Both the position numbers and the translations under genes were made by a program. Shown here in pieces: positions 53,939 to 63,696 of a DNA stretch of 64,000 nucleotides; position 1 is the first letter of the stretch, and each line of letters begins with the position of its first letter. The notes beneath the pieces are model-generated. The model was not told the origin of the DNA and ran no database searches. It was given only the letters and a program-made list of their open reading frames with translations. The DNA comes from a virus (Duplodnaviria > Caudoviricetes), in IMG/VR virus record IMGVR_UViG_3300043432_000485, positions 96,001 to 160,000 of that record, one strand, 5' to 3'.

Positions 53939-56900
53939 CAGGTGCTCAGTTTAGCTCGATTGTTCTGAATTTGGGCTTGCAGGTCTGCAATCTGCTTGTC
54001 GATGGAAGCAATCTGCCTAGTGAGGTCGATGCCAACCACGGACACAGAGGTGTTCTTTTCGTGCTCCAGCTGATTCCGGGCAGCAGTAAGACGGGCAACG
54101 CTATTCTGATCCTGACTGATCTGGGTTGACAGATTGGCCTTCTCCGCATTGGATCTAAGCCCGGCCCCAAAGTCACTCCACGCCTTGGAGATGTTGTTGG
54201 CATTTGTCTGCACTGATCCCACCGCCGCGTTGGCATCCCCCACCATGAATCGGTTGGAAGCCGAGAATGGAGGAGCGAATTCAGAAGGCGGGTTCGATAC
54301 AGCGGCATTCAGGTTGGATGTGTCAGCCGCTTGCCCAGGTAGTAGGTCTCCTCGAATGGCCTGCTCGAACTGTTGATGAGCCAAGTCCAAAGCCGAATAC
54401 AGGTGGGTCAGGAACTGGTCCACACGGGAGACTGTGTCTGGGGAAGATGGGTTGAGAAATCCGCTGGAAGGCACCGGATTGATCCGAGAAGCATTCAGCT
54501 GTTCCTCTGCAGCGTTCAGCTGTTGTTCCAAGGAGGCCACCTCTGCTAGGGCCTCCTGCACGGCTTGCTTCTTGGCAGGATTGGTAGGATCGGCTTTAGA
54601 AATGTCAAACAGTGAGTTGGCTCTCTCGATGGCCTGCGTTTGTTTGGCTTGCAGGATCGCGACTTGTTTCTCCTGCTCAGGGATAGAGTCGGCGTGGATG
54701 CTGCCCCCATCCACGCTAGACACCCCAAGGTTCTTCAGGGTAGACACATCTGCAGACGCCGGATTGTTCAGAGTCTTCACTTGGTAGTCGGTGGCCATGA
54801 ACGCCAGATCCGCACGCCCCGTGACGCACACACAGTCCTCATCGGGTTTCGTGTTGGCATCCTTCACAGACATCTCAGCCAAGGTCAGAGCCCGAGAAAG
54901 TTGGGAGGCCTCTACCGAAGGGGAGCCCTTTTGCTCCGGTGACCCAAGGGTGGCGGTAGACACGAAGTTGTCCCCCACATCCACAAACTTTGGGGTACCC
55001 ATGTCCAATACGGCAGCGGTCTGGCTGTCATCTGGAGTCATGGCTGAAAGAACAGAGGCAGGATCGGCGTACCCAGTGCTGACCGTAGAGAGACCTTGAG
55101 ACTGTGCAGTCAGCATCTCACTCAGCCCGCCGGAAAGCGCGAGCTGCAGGTCCACCGTCGCTCTCTGGCTAGAGTCCTGAGTAATCAGGCGTCCATCTTT
55201 GAGGGACACGCGCCGCCCGTATTGAAAGTGTCCAACGACTTCGAATCCCCGCTCATCACTTACGGGACGAATGAGGGCTGTCTGACTGGTTGGGATGTCA
55301 ATTACAGCTTTGTCCTTTGGGGTCACAGTAAGGTTGGCCCCTGGTAGCACCAACATCTCACTGATCACCCCGTTACCAGCCGAGGAGTCATGAGCATAGA
55401 TGAACACCCCAGCGGAGTTCAAGCCGTACTGATACCTGTTGCTGAGGTACTTACCCCTGATCGAATCGTCAATGTTGGTCAAGAACATGTTCTGGAGATG
55501 CTGGCGATACGCGTCCCGGTTCTTCAGCGCGATGGCTTGCTGACTCTGAGCCACGTTGGGATTAGGGGCGGTGGACGACTTCTGTCCCGCTTGATCGCTG
55601 AAATCCACGGGGTTGAAGGGTCGGGTATAGGCCATTACCACATTGGGATAGCCAACGATCCTCCCTGTCTTTGGGTGGCGCAGAATGAGCGGCTCATTGG
55701 GATCGGTTGCTCCAGTCTCAGAGCCAAACGCGCTGGATGAAGATGGGATCGATGCCGCATTGGTCACGTCTAGCTTGAACACTCCGTGTAAAGCTAGCTG
55801 TTGGGAGCTGAAACGAAAGGCGCGTGGCAACCCATCCTTGTCTGGTTCCGGGACCCCGTTGAACTTGTCGAGCTTCAGATTGCCGATGCCCTTAGGGGCT
55901 ATGAACTTCACTCTTCGAGCGGTTAGGGTGAGGGTCGTGGTGGCACGGCCTCCAAACGCAATGCTGTGACTGATACCCGACACATACCAAATCTGATCCT
56001 TGTCCTTGGAAGCCAAGTAGATGGGGAATCCCAGGCGCAACTCAGGACGCATCGGGATAGTGACTGACCCCCGGAAGCGCTTGGAGTTGATTCGGTCCAG
56101 GACGTCCAGCCCATGGAAGAACATGAGCTGCGGGTCCTTCAAGAACTCGCTGTTGTACGGATGCGTGCGCCAGCCGTACTTCCGCAACAGATGGTAGTCT
56201 GTGACGGTCGTGAGAGGAGTGATCTCCTCACCCGTTCCGTAATCGGTAGTGCCGCCATAGCTACCCTGCATTGTCAGCTGGGTGACCACTTCAGACTCAG
56301 ACTCGGAGAACTCCCAATCAATGACATCCACATCCTGGACCCAGGAGATCGGTTTGTTGCTCAGTACATCCAGGTTGTAAAACGGGGGCTTGAATACGAT
56401 GTCCCCAGTGACGTCCATGTAGAACTCAAATCCGATCGCCTCCTTGGCGGCGTTGGCAAGCTCAAGCTTGGTCTGGTACTCAGACTGCCAAAGCCCTATC
56501 TGACCAGCATTGGACGTGACCGTTTTGAACGCAGCCACTTTGTTGGACGCCGGGTCGAACACAAATTGCCCGCCCTCGCTAGACGTAGCATCTCGTACCG
56601 ATGTGGAAGCGATGTGAGCAACATCTACCACACCCTTCTTCTGAGAGTACTCCTGGAACAGCTTGTCCCCTCGAACCGAGACTCCGCTGGCCCCGTACAG
56701 GACGAGGTTGTTTCGCATCCTAGCGAATCTCTTTTCCCAGTAGAGCATCATGTCGGAGAGGGCAGAGTCGAACGTCTGTTGCTGGGTGGTGTCCCGCACC
56801 AAAGCGTTCATGGACCCCGTGCCAACAATGACATCACCGAAGGACTGATTGGCTAGAGAGAAGATGATGTCATAGGGGTTCGAGGAAGCGAACACGTTTC

Positions 56901-57399
56901 CTACGAGGTTTCTTCCCTGCTGCCCGGATGAAGCCGTGTACGCTGGGTTGATATTGATCTTGCACAATTCCCACCATTTCAGGATGTCACTCGCGTGTAT
57001 CGAAACAGTGTGCTCCCCACTGGAATAGCTATCAGTGACCTCCGTAATGATACCCCAGAAGATCGGGTAGTACTGCGGAAGGCCCTCCACCAAGTAGTAG
57101 CCCTTGGCATAGATTTCGATCTCCATCATAGTAGTGATGACTGGACTACCGTCGAAGTAGAAGTCGTCGATAGTGTGCCTGGGTATAGCCAGGGATATAT
57201 TGGCACTTCCTGGAGAGCTTTCGACGCTCAAATCCATCTGAATGTTTGTGATGTACTTGTTCAGATCAAAAGAACGGGAGCACTGTGGGCATCCTATGAT
57301 CTCCATCTCCCCATTGATGTAGACCACGGCATCAGGAGCCGTGGCAATCGTGGGTCTCACGTTAGGCTGGAATGTGCCTTGAAAGGGACTACGAGGCAT
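53938..57399 (-). CDS. Baseplate hub (gp27/gpD-like) with a long C-terminal extension
   Basis: YYPIFWGIITEV, FEFYMDVTGDIVFKPPFYN, RGSVTIPMRPELRLGFPI, YVSGISHS...ATTTLTLT motifs. Coiled-coil tail. Confidence 0.82.
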   Translation of the reverse strand: MPRSPFQGTFQPNVRPTIATAPDAVVYINGEMEIIGCPQCSRSFDLNKYITNIQMDLSVESSPGSANISLAIPRHTIDDFYFDGSPVITTMMEIEIYAKGYYLVEGLPQYYPIFWGIITEVTDSYSSGEHTVSIHASDILKWWELCKININPAYTASSGQQGRNLVGNVFASSNPYDIIFSLANQSFGDVIVGTGSMNALVRDTTQQQTFDSALSDMMLYWEKRFARMRNNLVLYGASGVSVRGDKLFQEYSQKKGVVDVAHIASTSVRDATSSEGGQFVFDPASNKVAAFKTVTSNAGQIGLWQSEYQTKLELANAAKEAIGFEFYMDVTGDIVFKPPFYNLDVLSNKPISWVQDVDVIDWEFSESESEVVTQLTMQGSYGGTTDYGTGEEITPLTTVTDYHLLRKYGWRTHPYNSEFLKDPQLMFFHGLDVLDRINSKRFRGSVTIPMRPELRLGFPIYLASKDKDQIWYVSGISHSIAFGGRATTTLTLTARRVKFIAPKGIGNLKLDKFNGVPEPDKDGLPRAFRFSSQQLALHGVFKLDVTNAASIPSSSSAFGSETGATDPNEPLILRHPKTGRIVGYPNVVMAYTRPFNPVDFSDQAGQKSSTAPNPNVAQSQQAIALKNRDAYRQHLQNMFLTNIDDSIRGKYLSNRYQYGLNSAGVFIYAHDSSAGNGVISEMLVLPGANLTVTPKDKAVIDIPTSQTALIRPVSDERGFEVVGHFQYGRRVSLKDGRLITQDSSQRATVDLQLALSGGLSEMLTAQSQGLSTVSTGYADPASVLSAMTPDDSQTAAVLDMGTPKFVDVGDNFVSTATLGSPEQKGSPSVEASQLSRALTLAEMSVKDANTKPDEDCVCVTGRADLAFMATDYQVKTLNNPASADVSTLKNLGVSSVDGGSIHADSIPEQEKQVAILQAKQTQAIERANSLFDISKADPTNPAKKQAVQEALAEVASLEQQLNAAEEQLNASRINPVPSSGFLNPSSPDTVSRVDQFLTHLYSALDLAHQQFEQAIRGDLLPGQAADTSNLNAAVSNPPSEFAPPFSASNRFMVGDANAAVGSVQTNANNISKAWSDFGAGLRSNAEKANLSTQISQDQNSVARLTAARNQLEHEKNTSVSVVGIDLTRQIASIDKQIADLQAQIQNNRAKLST

Positions 57400-57913
57400 G
57401 GCATAGCCCCCTAAGATGTCGAACTATGGACTCAAGTTCTTCGAGAGTGGCATCCGATTTGATCCTATTGGCCCTCCAGGAGACCACTTCTACGTTACTT
57501 TTGACGTAACCGAGGGCCGGATTGATTCGATCAAGAGTAGGAGAGTTCTGGCACATTCCTCCTGAACCATTGCCCCTGAATAGAGGCAACCCTAGCACCG
57601 GGCAGAGTTCTGGTATAACTATATCCTGTAGTTCCAGGGAAAACTCTAAGCCCTTCGTTTTTGCCCTATGGGCCGCAGCCCTTAGCATCCTATCCTCAGT
57701 ACTCCTGTTTCGAGAGCGAGCCTTTGCATTGGGGTGAGAGTTGCCTAATGCGGTAGATACCCTGCCCTTGGGTGACTTCTTGTACGCAGAGTTGTCTTGG
57801 TTGTGGCAGCCCTTGCACCAAGAGGCCCGGCCATCCCTTCGTCTCTTGTCTTTACTGAACTCCACCAAGGACTTGGACTTCAGGCATTTTGAGCATTGCT
57901 TTTCCATCGTCAT
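57389..57913 (-). mobile_element. HNH-like (His-Me finger) homing endonuclease, paralogue of 51282..51782
   Basis: CSKC..K...F...WCKGC zinc motif, then CPVLGLPL...TLDRINPALGYVKSNVEVVSWRANRIKSD. Confidence 0.82.
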
Positions 57914-59718
57914 CCAAGAAGGTTGTCAGGATTGTTCAAATCCCCCAGAGCGTCCGGAGGAGGAGCTACACCAGGACTAGGTTGAGCGTTGTTGCCTCCA
58001 AACGTAGGGCTATTGGTGGTCCCTACGGCCAAGGGGGAGGTTGTCGGTTGTCCATAGGTATATTGGGCGTCGTCTAGATGATCCAGAAGGTACCAAGCCC
58101 TGACTGTAAATGAGAACGAGTACTCTAGAGAGAATGGAGTGGTCTCTGATTCCGTGAGGCTGAATGTATCGAACGAACCGATGTACAAGATGTCATCATA
58201 GTACAGGTACACTGAACCAACCACCGATAGGTTCTTGACTCTGGCCCCTTTTGGGGAGAGTGGATCTGGGAACCATATCCCAGCGTTGTTTTTGTACAGT
58301 AGCCACAGGCTCAGCAGGTTCTGGTAGCTGGCCGAGAACTGGCGGGCCGTACGAGTCAATCCAGGGCCATTGGCATTCAAGGCATCCATTGAGTAGAAAG
58401 CCGCGACCTTCCCGGACCCTTCAATCTTGTCCTGGTCCTCTCCCCAATGCTCGATGATTGGCCCACTACGGGACCAGCTGCCATCCGCGATGTGCTTGTT
58501 TGCCTGCACCCGGAAGGATTGCGGGTTCACCAACAATCGGAGCGGGGGAGTCTTAGCCATCGTGTTCAGGGCATCCTGCATCATCAGAATGGTGGCCTCT
58601 TGCTGATCCAGGAACTTCTTGCCTAGATTCTGTTGGTTCAGAGTCTTGTACTGGACCAGTGCAGCATTGCGTGAAGACTCCTGCGCATTGAACTCGCCTC
58701 GCGCCTGCCAGGATTCCTGGGTCGTAGTCACCGCATCAGAGCCCACAGGGGCTGCCTCTGAACTGGGCTGCTCTCCCAGCCGGGCCTTAGCTGAATCAAT
58801 CGCGGCTTGGAACTTGGGGTTCAACGAATTCTTGGCCACGCGCTGATCGAGGTCTGCGGGAGTGATGTACCCCTTGTAGTGGGGTACATCCAAGGGTTGA
58901 TTCTGTTGATAGGCTAGCTGCTGGAACGCTGGGTTCTTGTATGTCGGAGCTGTTGCCTTTGAGCTGTAGATCGAGCCGTCAGGATTGTTGAATCCACCAA
59001 ACGTGATGGCCTTCAACTCTGATGCATTCTTCCCCCTGGCTCGACCCTGATAGTACTTCTCGACCCAGAACAGCTGGGAAGTGTTGTCGGTGTTCTCGAA
59101 GTTGTTGTACTGCTCCTCAGTCATGCCCAATCCAAGAGCTGTCTTCTTGGTCAGCTGGTTGAGCCCTTTGGCCACCACGTGCGGTTGCCCGTCCTTGCCT
59201 TTGCGAATAGCCGGTACGGATCCATCGAAGCTACTCTCCGATTGAATCACCTTAGCAAGCTCCTCCGGTTGGCAACCGAGGCGATTGCACATCGCCACAT
59301 ACTGGTCCCAGAACTCCGGGCTACTAGTCGATGTTGGACCCGTAGGAACGGTAGTGCTGGTTGCGACTCCGCTTGTTTGACCGGGAGTGTCTCCAGTGGA
59401 AGATGAACCAACATCCGGGTTGTTAGAGATGATGGTACCGTAGCTCCCATCCAAAGCCTGGACAGATGCAGTGCGATCCAGAATCCTTCCCGTCACACGA
59501 GATGAAGGGGGGATCAACCCAACCGCGAAGATCTTGACCTCGCTAGGGCTCCTCTGTGGAACAGTGGTCAAGGGGATAAACTGACCATCCAACGGCTCGC
59601 TCTGGTTCTCCAGGGCGTGGTAGAAGGACAACAGTTCATACACGGCCGGCTGATACAGGTCCGAGTCAAGCTCGATCTGCTGAGCGATGCTCTGAGCCTG
59701 GTTGTTATCTGTTGCCAT
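57910..59718 (-). CDS. Tube-initiator-like baseplate protein carrying a lytic transglycosylase (lysozyme-like) domain
   Basis: ELAKVIQSESSF...GLNQL...A..LG...QLFWVEKYY (SLT-type catalytic Glu, GL.Q). The C-terminal LLVNPQSF...IEHWGED..I..SG domain is paralogous to 59718..60395. Confidence 0.75.
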   Translation of the reverse strand: MATDNNQAQSIAQQIELDSDLYQPAVYELLSFYHALENQSEPLDGQFIPLTTVPQRSPSEVKIFAVGLIPPSSRVTGRILDRTASVQALDGSYGTIISNNPDVGSSSTGDTPGQTSGVATSTTVPTGPTSTSSPEFWDQYVAMCNRLGCQPEELAKVIQSESSFDGSVPAIRKGKDGQPHVVAKGLNQLTKKTALGLGMTEEQYNNFENTDNTSQLFWVEKYYQGRARGKNASELKAITFGGFNNPDGSIYSSKATAPTYKNPAFQQLAYQQNQPLDVPHYKGYITPADLDQRVAKNSLNPKFQAAIDSAKARLGEQPSSEAAPVGSDAVTTTQESWQARGEFNAQESSRNAALVQYKTLNQQNLGKKFLDQQEATILMMQDALNTMAKTPPLRLLVNPQSFRVQANKHIADGSWSRSGPIIEHWGEDQDKIEGSGKVAAFYSMDALNANGPGLTRTARQFSASYQNLLSLWLLYKNNAGIWFPDPLSPKGARVKNLSVVGSVYLYYDDILYIGSFDTFSLTESETTPFSLEYSFSFTVRAWYLLDHLDDAQYTYGQPTTSPLAVGTTNSPTFGGNNAQPSPGVAPPPDALGDLNNPDNLLG

Positions 59719-60395
59719 CAGACTCCCGGGCCTCCGATGGTAGTGTTGGACTTCTGGAAATTCGGCACGTTCAGGTAGTCATCTTTGCCACGGGCCGATG
59801 GCGTGATAGCAGTCCCAGGAATCTTCATCATCTCCTCTTCCACCTTGAAGGTCCAAGATACCTTGAAAGCGAAAGGCTGGTCATCGGTTTCCTCAACCTC
59901 AAACGAGCGGAAGTACCCTAGGTAGGTACCCCGATCGTACATGAGCATAACTTTTCCCTGTAATACGATGTTGCCAGAGGGATCATACACGCTGCCGTTG
60001 TTCCTGTACAAGTCATGCAGGTCCCGGTAGCGGTCCCATGCAATGGTCTTGTGTCTCAACGCAGAGCTGAGCCCTGTGTAGATGTTGACGAAGGCTCCCG
60101 TGCTGCCGTCAGCGGTGATCTCAGTCAGGTCATCCCCCCAATGCTGCTCTACCCAACCCCCACGCGTTTGGATACGCTCCACCTTCTTGGTGTGGCTCTC
60201 CGCGAAGTTCTGCGGGTTGATGTGCATCACCAAGGCATGCGGCAACAGAACCCGACGGCTGTTGAATGGGCTGGTGATCTGGAAGGCGATCGGAATGAAG
60301 CTCTTCCTCTGCTCCAGCCCGTGACTGTAGTTCGGGTTGTCCGTTGGGACTGTCAGATGATCGAAGTCAGGATTAGCTGATGGGATGTGAGGCAT
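59718..60395 (-). CDS. Tail tube initiator / baseplate tube-like protein (gp48/gp54-like)
   Basis: MHINPQNF.E...K..E..QTRGG.VEQHWGDDL..I..DG...Y.GYF.SF...E....PF.F...W.F pattern. Immediately after the tape measure gene. Confidence 0.7.
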   Translation of the reverse strand: MPHIPSANPDFDHLTVPTDNPNYSHGLEQRKSFIPIAFQITSPFNSRRVLLPHALVMHINPQNFAESHTKKVERIQTRGGWVEQHWGDDLTEITADGSTGAFVNIYTGLSSALRHKTIAWDRYRDLHDLYRNNGSVYDPSGNIVLQGKVMLMYDRGTYLGYFRSFEVEETDDQPFAFKVSWTFKVEEEMMKIPGTAITPSARGKDDYLNVPNFQKSNTTIGGPGV

Positions 60396-60402
60396 TCAGT
60401 TC

Positions 60403-63400
60403 TCAGCGCAGTCGCTTGTTGCGATCGTGCTCGGCTGCCCCCTCTACTACGCGTGCCTTGATGAACTGCTTCAGGTCCCCCTTAAGCTCCAGCTGAACAT
60501 TCATGTTACCAGCTGACGCTACTGCAGCATTGCCACCTGCAGGAGTGTATCCTCCGGCCGGGCCTTTGTACCCGGCAGATTCGGTCAAGCTAGAGAGTGC
60601 GGTGGCTGGGTCCACTCCATAGCGGCCCATCTGTTGAATGCCCCGAGGATCTACGCCCGCGCTTATAGAAGCGGCCACAGATTTCCTGTCTAGGCCTGAG
60701 TACATGTAGTACTCGAACAGAGCTTGAGATGCACCGTCATAGACTGACTTGGCCATGGTGTCACCCAGCGGCCCGGTGATCGTTGACTTGTCAATCTTGA
60801 TCCCTGATGTCTCCATTGTTCGATTGACATCCTGAATGCCGGAGACAGTAGCGGCCTGCTGGGTGGCTGTCGGAGCCTCTTTGGCAGCCTCAACTACCGC
60901 CGGATGAGTGGCCGCCACCGCTGCAGCGGGGGATGTTCCTGGAGCAGCATGCCCAACGCCCGCCGCTTGAGCAGTCTTGACCGCCTTCTCCAGATTGTTG
61001 AGGGTCTCGAACGTCTGATGAGCCCCTCCTTCCATCGAGTACAGGCTCTTCTTCGTGGTTCCGCTATAAGCAACAGCACCTGCCAAAGCCTTCTTTTTTG
61101 CTTCTAACGCGGCGATCTTGTCGTTGTCCCGCCCGGGACCCATGATGCCCTTCTCAGTCTCCAACTCCTGGGTGACCTTGCCAAACTCCTTGACGATATC
61201 CGGCAACTGTTTGAGCAAGGCTGCCCCCACAGTATCAACAGCGGTGTTCTTGGCTTTGGTAAGGTCCCCATTAGCTCCCGCAAAGGCCGCCATGATCCCG
61301 GCATTCTTTGTCTTGGCAGCCGCAATCTGCTCCTTCTGGAACGCCTGCTCCTTAGCTGACCGTCCGAAGGCCCCCGCAGTCATGAAGTGCACAAGCTCGG
61401 AAATGAGGTCCGTGAGACCTCCGATGGACTCCCATATCCCTGTCATGATGTTGTAGATCTGGTTCATCAGGATGTCGGCAATGATCCCGATTTTGTCGAG
61501 AGCGCTGGTCTGGAATCCAGAAGTCTCCTTCTGGTAGTCGATCTCTGTCGCTGAGTCGCTGAGAAGCTTCTTCTGGTTGTCGTTCATGCTGGCCACGAAC
61601 TTCTTGTTCCCAGGGTCCTTCTGTATCGCTTCTCGGATCCCAGCTACAGTATCCGCGGTATTGGACTGATCATACTTGATGTTCAGCTTGGCGAGCTGAG
61701 CTATGTCATCTTGCGTGACGTTCCCCGACTCGACGCGAGCAATCAGATCCTCTTGAGCGGTGATGATCCCTTGAGTGTACTTCTGGTATGCCCTAATCTC
61801 TTGTGCGGACGCGATGCCGGCTTGCTCCACTGCCAACAGATCCAACCCAGACAGTTGGTCAAACCCTTTGCCCGTCAATCTCTTGACTTCATCTTGGGTC
61901 ACATCCATCTTGGCCAACGGACTCAGCTGATCGATGATTGACGCGGTGTCGATCTCGTTACCAGAGGCAAGCTTGACCTGCATGTTAGCGGCATCCAACA
62001 AGCTGCTCATGATGGGACCGGAGATCTTGGTCTGATACTTGGCCTGCCATTTCGCGATGGCCCGCGGGTCTCGCTTAGGGTTCTTGATCAAGTCCAGAAT
62101 CTCTTGGGTGGCATCTTTCGTACCGGGTTGGTTACGACCCAGAGCTGATGCTATGTCGTCCCCTAGCCCGGACAACCGGTCATTGAGGTCCTCTTGGGCG
62201 CGAGCCCTAACCTTCTCTGGGCCGGCCACCACGGTGTGCTTGAGGTTGTCAGCCAATCCACCACTGAACTTCGAAGATATGGTGTGCAGGAACTTAGACG
62301 CCTCACGAGGATCCATGGTCTTACCTAGCGTCTTCATGACACCTGTCAGCTCTTCCATGCGAAGCGTAAACAAGGTCAGGTCAGCAGAGAAGGAGCGGAT
62401 GATTCCGAAGAACTTGTTGGATGCGATACCAGCCTGATTGGCGCTCTTGACCATGTCCTGGAAGCTGGCTTGAACCGAGTCCAGGCTAGCCCCCATATCG
62501 GACATCATCTCTCCCTGCAACTGTGAGATCTCATTCAAGCTGACCCCGAAGGCGCGCGAATAGGCCACGCCCATCTGGATCACAGAAGCATGGTCCTTGG
62601 CATACCCGGTGGCGATCTTGGTCTCATCCCCAAGCTTTGAAAGGGACACTCCCTCTGCGGTCAAAGCGCTTTGGAATGCCACTGCAGTGTCCTTGGAAAT
62701 GCCCCACTGAACATTGCTAAAAGCCATCGCCCCATCACGAGCGGAATCTAGACTCTCTTGCAGGGCTTCTGCTCCGGCCCCTACATTGCGCATGCCCTTG
62801 TTCAAGAACTCGGAGGTGCCTGTGGTGGAGAGAAGCTGCTTGTTGTAGTCCTTGGCCGCGGACTCAGCGTCAATCATGATCTTCACGAAGGACATCATGA
62901 ATGAGCTGGCCACAGAGAGGATGGGGCCTAGTTTGGCAAACGTTCCGAGGATCGGGCTCAGTACTTTGGAGATTCCTTCCAGCCCTTTCAGTCCCATGCC
63001 AGCAGCCTTAGCGGCTCCGCCCTTAGCCATCAGTCGATCACCGTGTCTGCCAAGAGCGCCGCCACCTGCTTCCACTCCCTTTTGAAGCTTGCCAGCAAGC
63101 TTGCCAACCGTCTTGTCCAGCCCCATGGCAAGGAGGCTAGAGTAACGCTTGAACATCGCAGGGGCATCCTTTCGGAAGACCTCGTTCAATGGCTCGGCCA
63201 GAGCTTCACCCGCCTCTTCGGCGCGATCATGCAGCTCCTTCATATTGAAAGCGGACTCGTTAGCATCCTTCAAGGCCGCCTTTACGGTTCCGGACGCAGG
63301 GTCATCCCCTGTGCCTTGGGCTTGAATCTTCTCCCTGGTTTTTGCTGCCTCTTGGAAGGCTCGGATCCGAGCGAACGCTTGCTTGCGCTCCTCTCCCGTA

Positions 63401-63690
63401 GTTCCCTTGATGAGCTTACGCATGTCCTTTAGGACGTCGATGTCCTTCTGGATGCTGGCACCCAAGGTTCGATAATGGGTGGTGAGTTCCTTGACTCCCT
63501 GGTCCTGCTTACGCATCCCCTGCACATGGCGGATGAACTTCATCATCCCCTTGTCGAGCTTGGTGGTCTCCTTCTCCGCATCCTTCATGCGCTTAGTGAA
63601 GCCCTTAGTGAAACGGCTGATCTCCTTGACCGCGTTGCCGGGGGAGACGCCAATCTCAAACTCTAGTAAGGTCTTGTCTTTTGCCGCCAC
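60403..63690 (-). CDS. Tail tape measure protein
   Basis: 1095 aa, helical and Ala/Gly/Lys-rich with hydrophobic patches, ending in the typical MNVQLEL...IKA.V motif. Canonical position before tube initiator and hub. Confidence 0.85.
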   Translation of the reverse strand: MAAKDKTLLEFEIGVSPGNAVKEISRFTKGFTKRMKDAEKETTKLDKGMMKFIRHVQGMRKQDQGVKELTTHYRTLGASIQKDIDVLKDMRKLIKGTTGEERKQAFARIRAFQEAAKTREKIQAQGTGDDPASGTVKAALKDANESAFNMKELHDRAEEAGEALAEPLNEVFRKDAPAMFKRYSSLLAMGLDKTVGKLAGKLQKGVEAGGGALGRHGDRLMAKGGAAKAAGMGLKGLEGISKVLSPILGTFAKLGPILSVASSFMMSFVKIMIDAESAAKDYNKQLLSTTGTSEFLNKGMRNVGAGAEALQESLDSARDGAMAFSNVQWGISKDTAVAFQSALTAEGVSLSKLGDETKIATGYAKDHASVIQMGVAYSRAFGVSLNEISQLQGEMMSDMGASLDSVQASFQDMVKSANQAGIASNKFFGIIRSFSADLTLFTLRMEELTGVMKTLGKTMDPREASKFLHTISSKFSGGLADNLKHTVVAGPEKVRARAQEDLNDRLSGLGDDIASALGRNQPGTKDATQEILDLIKNPKRDPRAIAKWQAKYQTKISGPIMSSLLDAANMQVKLASGNEIDTASIIDQLSPLAKMDVTQDEVKRLTGKGFDQLSGLDLLAVEQAGIASAQEIRAYQKYTQGIITAQEDLIARVESGNVTQDDIAQLAKLNIKYDQSNTADTVAGIREAIQKDPGNKKFVASMNDNQKKLLSDSATEIDYQKETSGFQTSALDKIGIIADILMNQIYNIMTGIWESIGGLTDLISELVHFMTAGAFGRSAKEQAFQKEQIAAAKTKNAGIMAAFAGANGDLTKAKNTAVDTVGAALLKQLPDIVKEFGKVTQELETEKGIMGPGRDNDKIAALEAKKKALAGAVAYSGTTKKSLYSMEGGAHQTFETLNNLEKAVKTAQAAGVGHAAPGTSPAAAVAATHPAVVEAAKEAPTATQQAATVSGIQDVNRTMETSGIKIDKSTITGPLGDTMAKSVYDGASQALFEYYMYSGLDRKSVAASISAGVDPRGIQQMGRYGVDPATALSSLTESAGYKGPAGGYTPAGGNAAVASAGNMNVQLELKGDLKQFIKARVVEGAAEHDRNKRLR

Positions 63691-63696
63691 TGCTGG

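Noticed and set aside
7956-57913. Group I introns or inteins housing the endonucleases
   Set aside because: Each endonuclease has its own start and stop and overlaps or abuts complete-looking neighbours. DnaB and SNF2 are normal length with no intein motifs.
33320-63690. Extracellular contractile injection system or tailocin instead of a phage
   Set aside because: The tail genes are contiguous with a polymerase/helicase operon and many homing endonucleases. Capsid genes are not in the window, so virion type is inferred.
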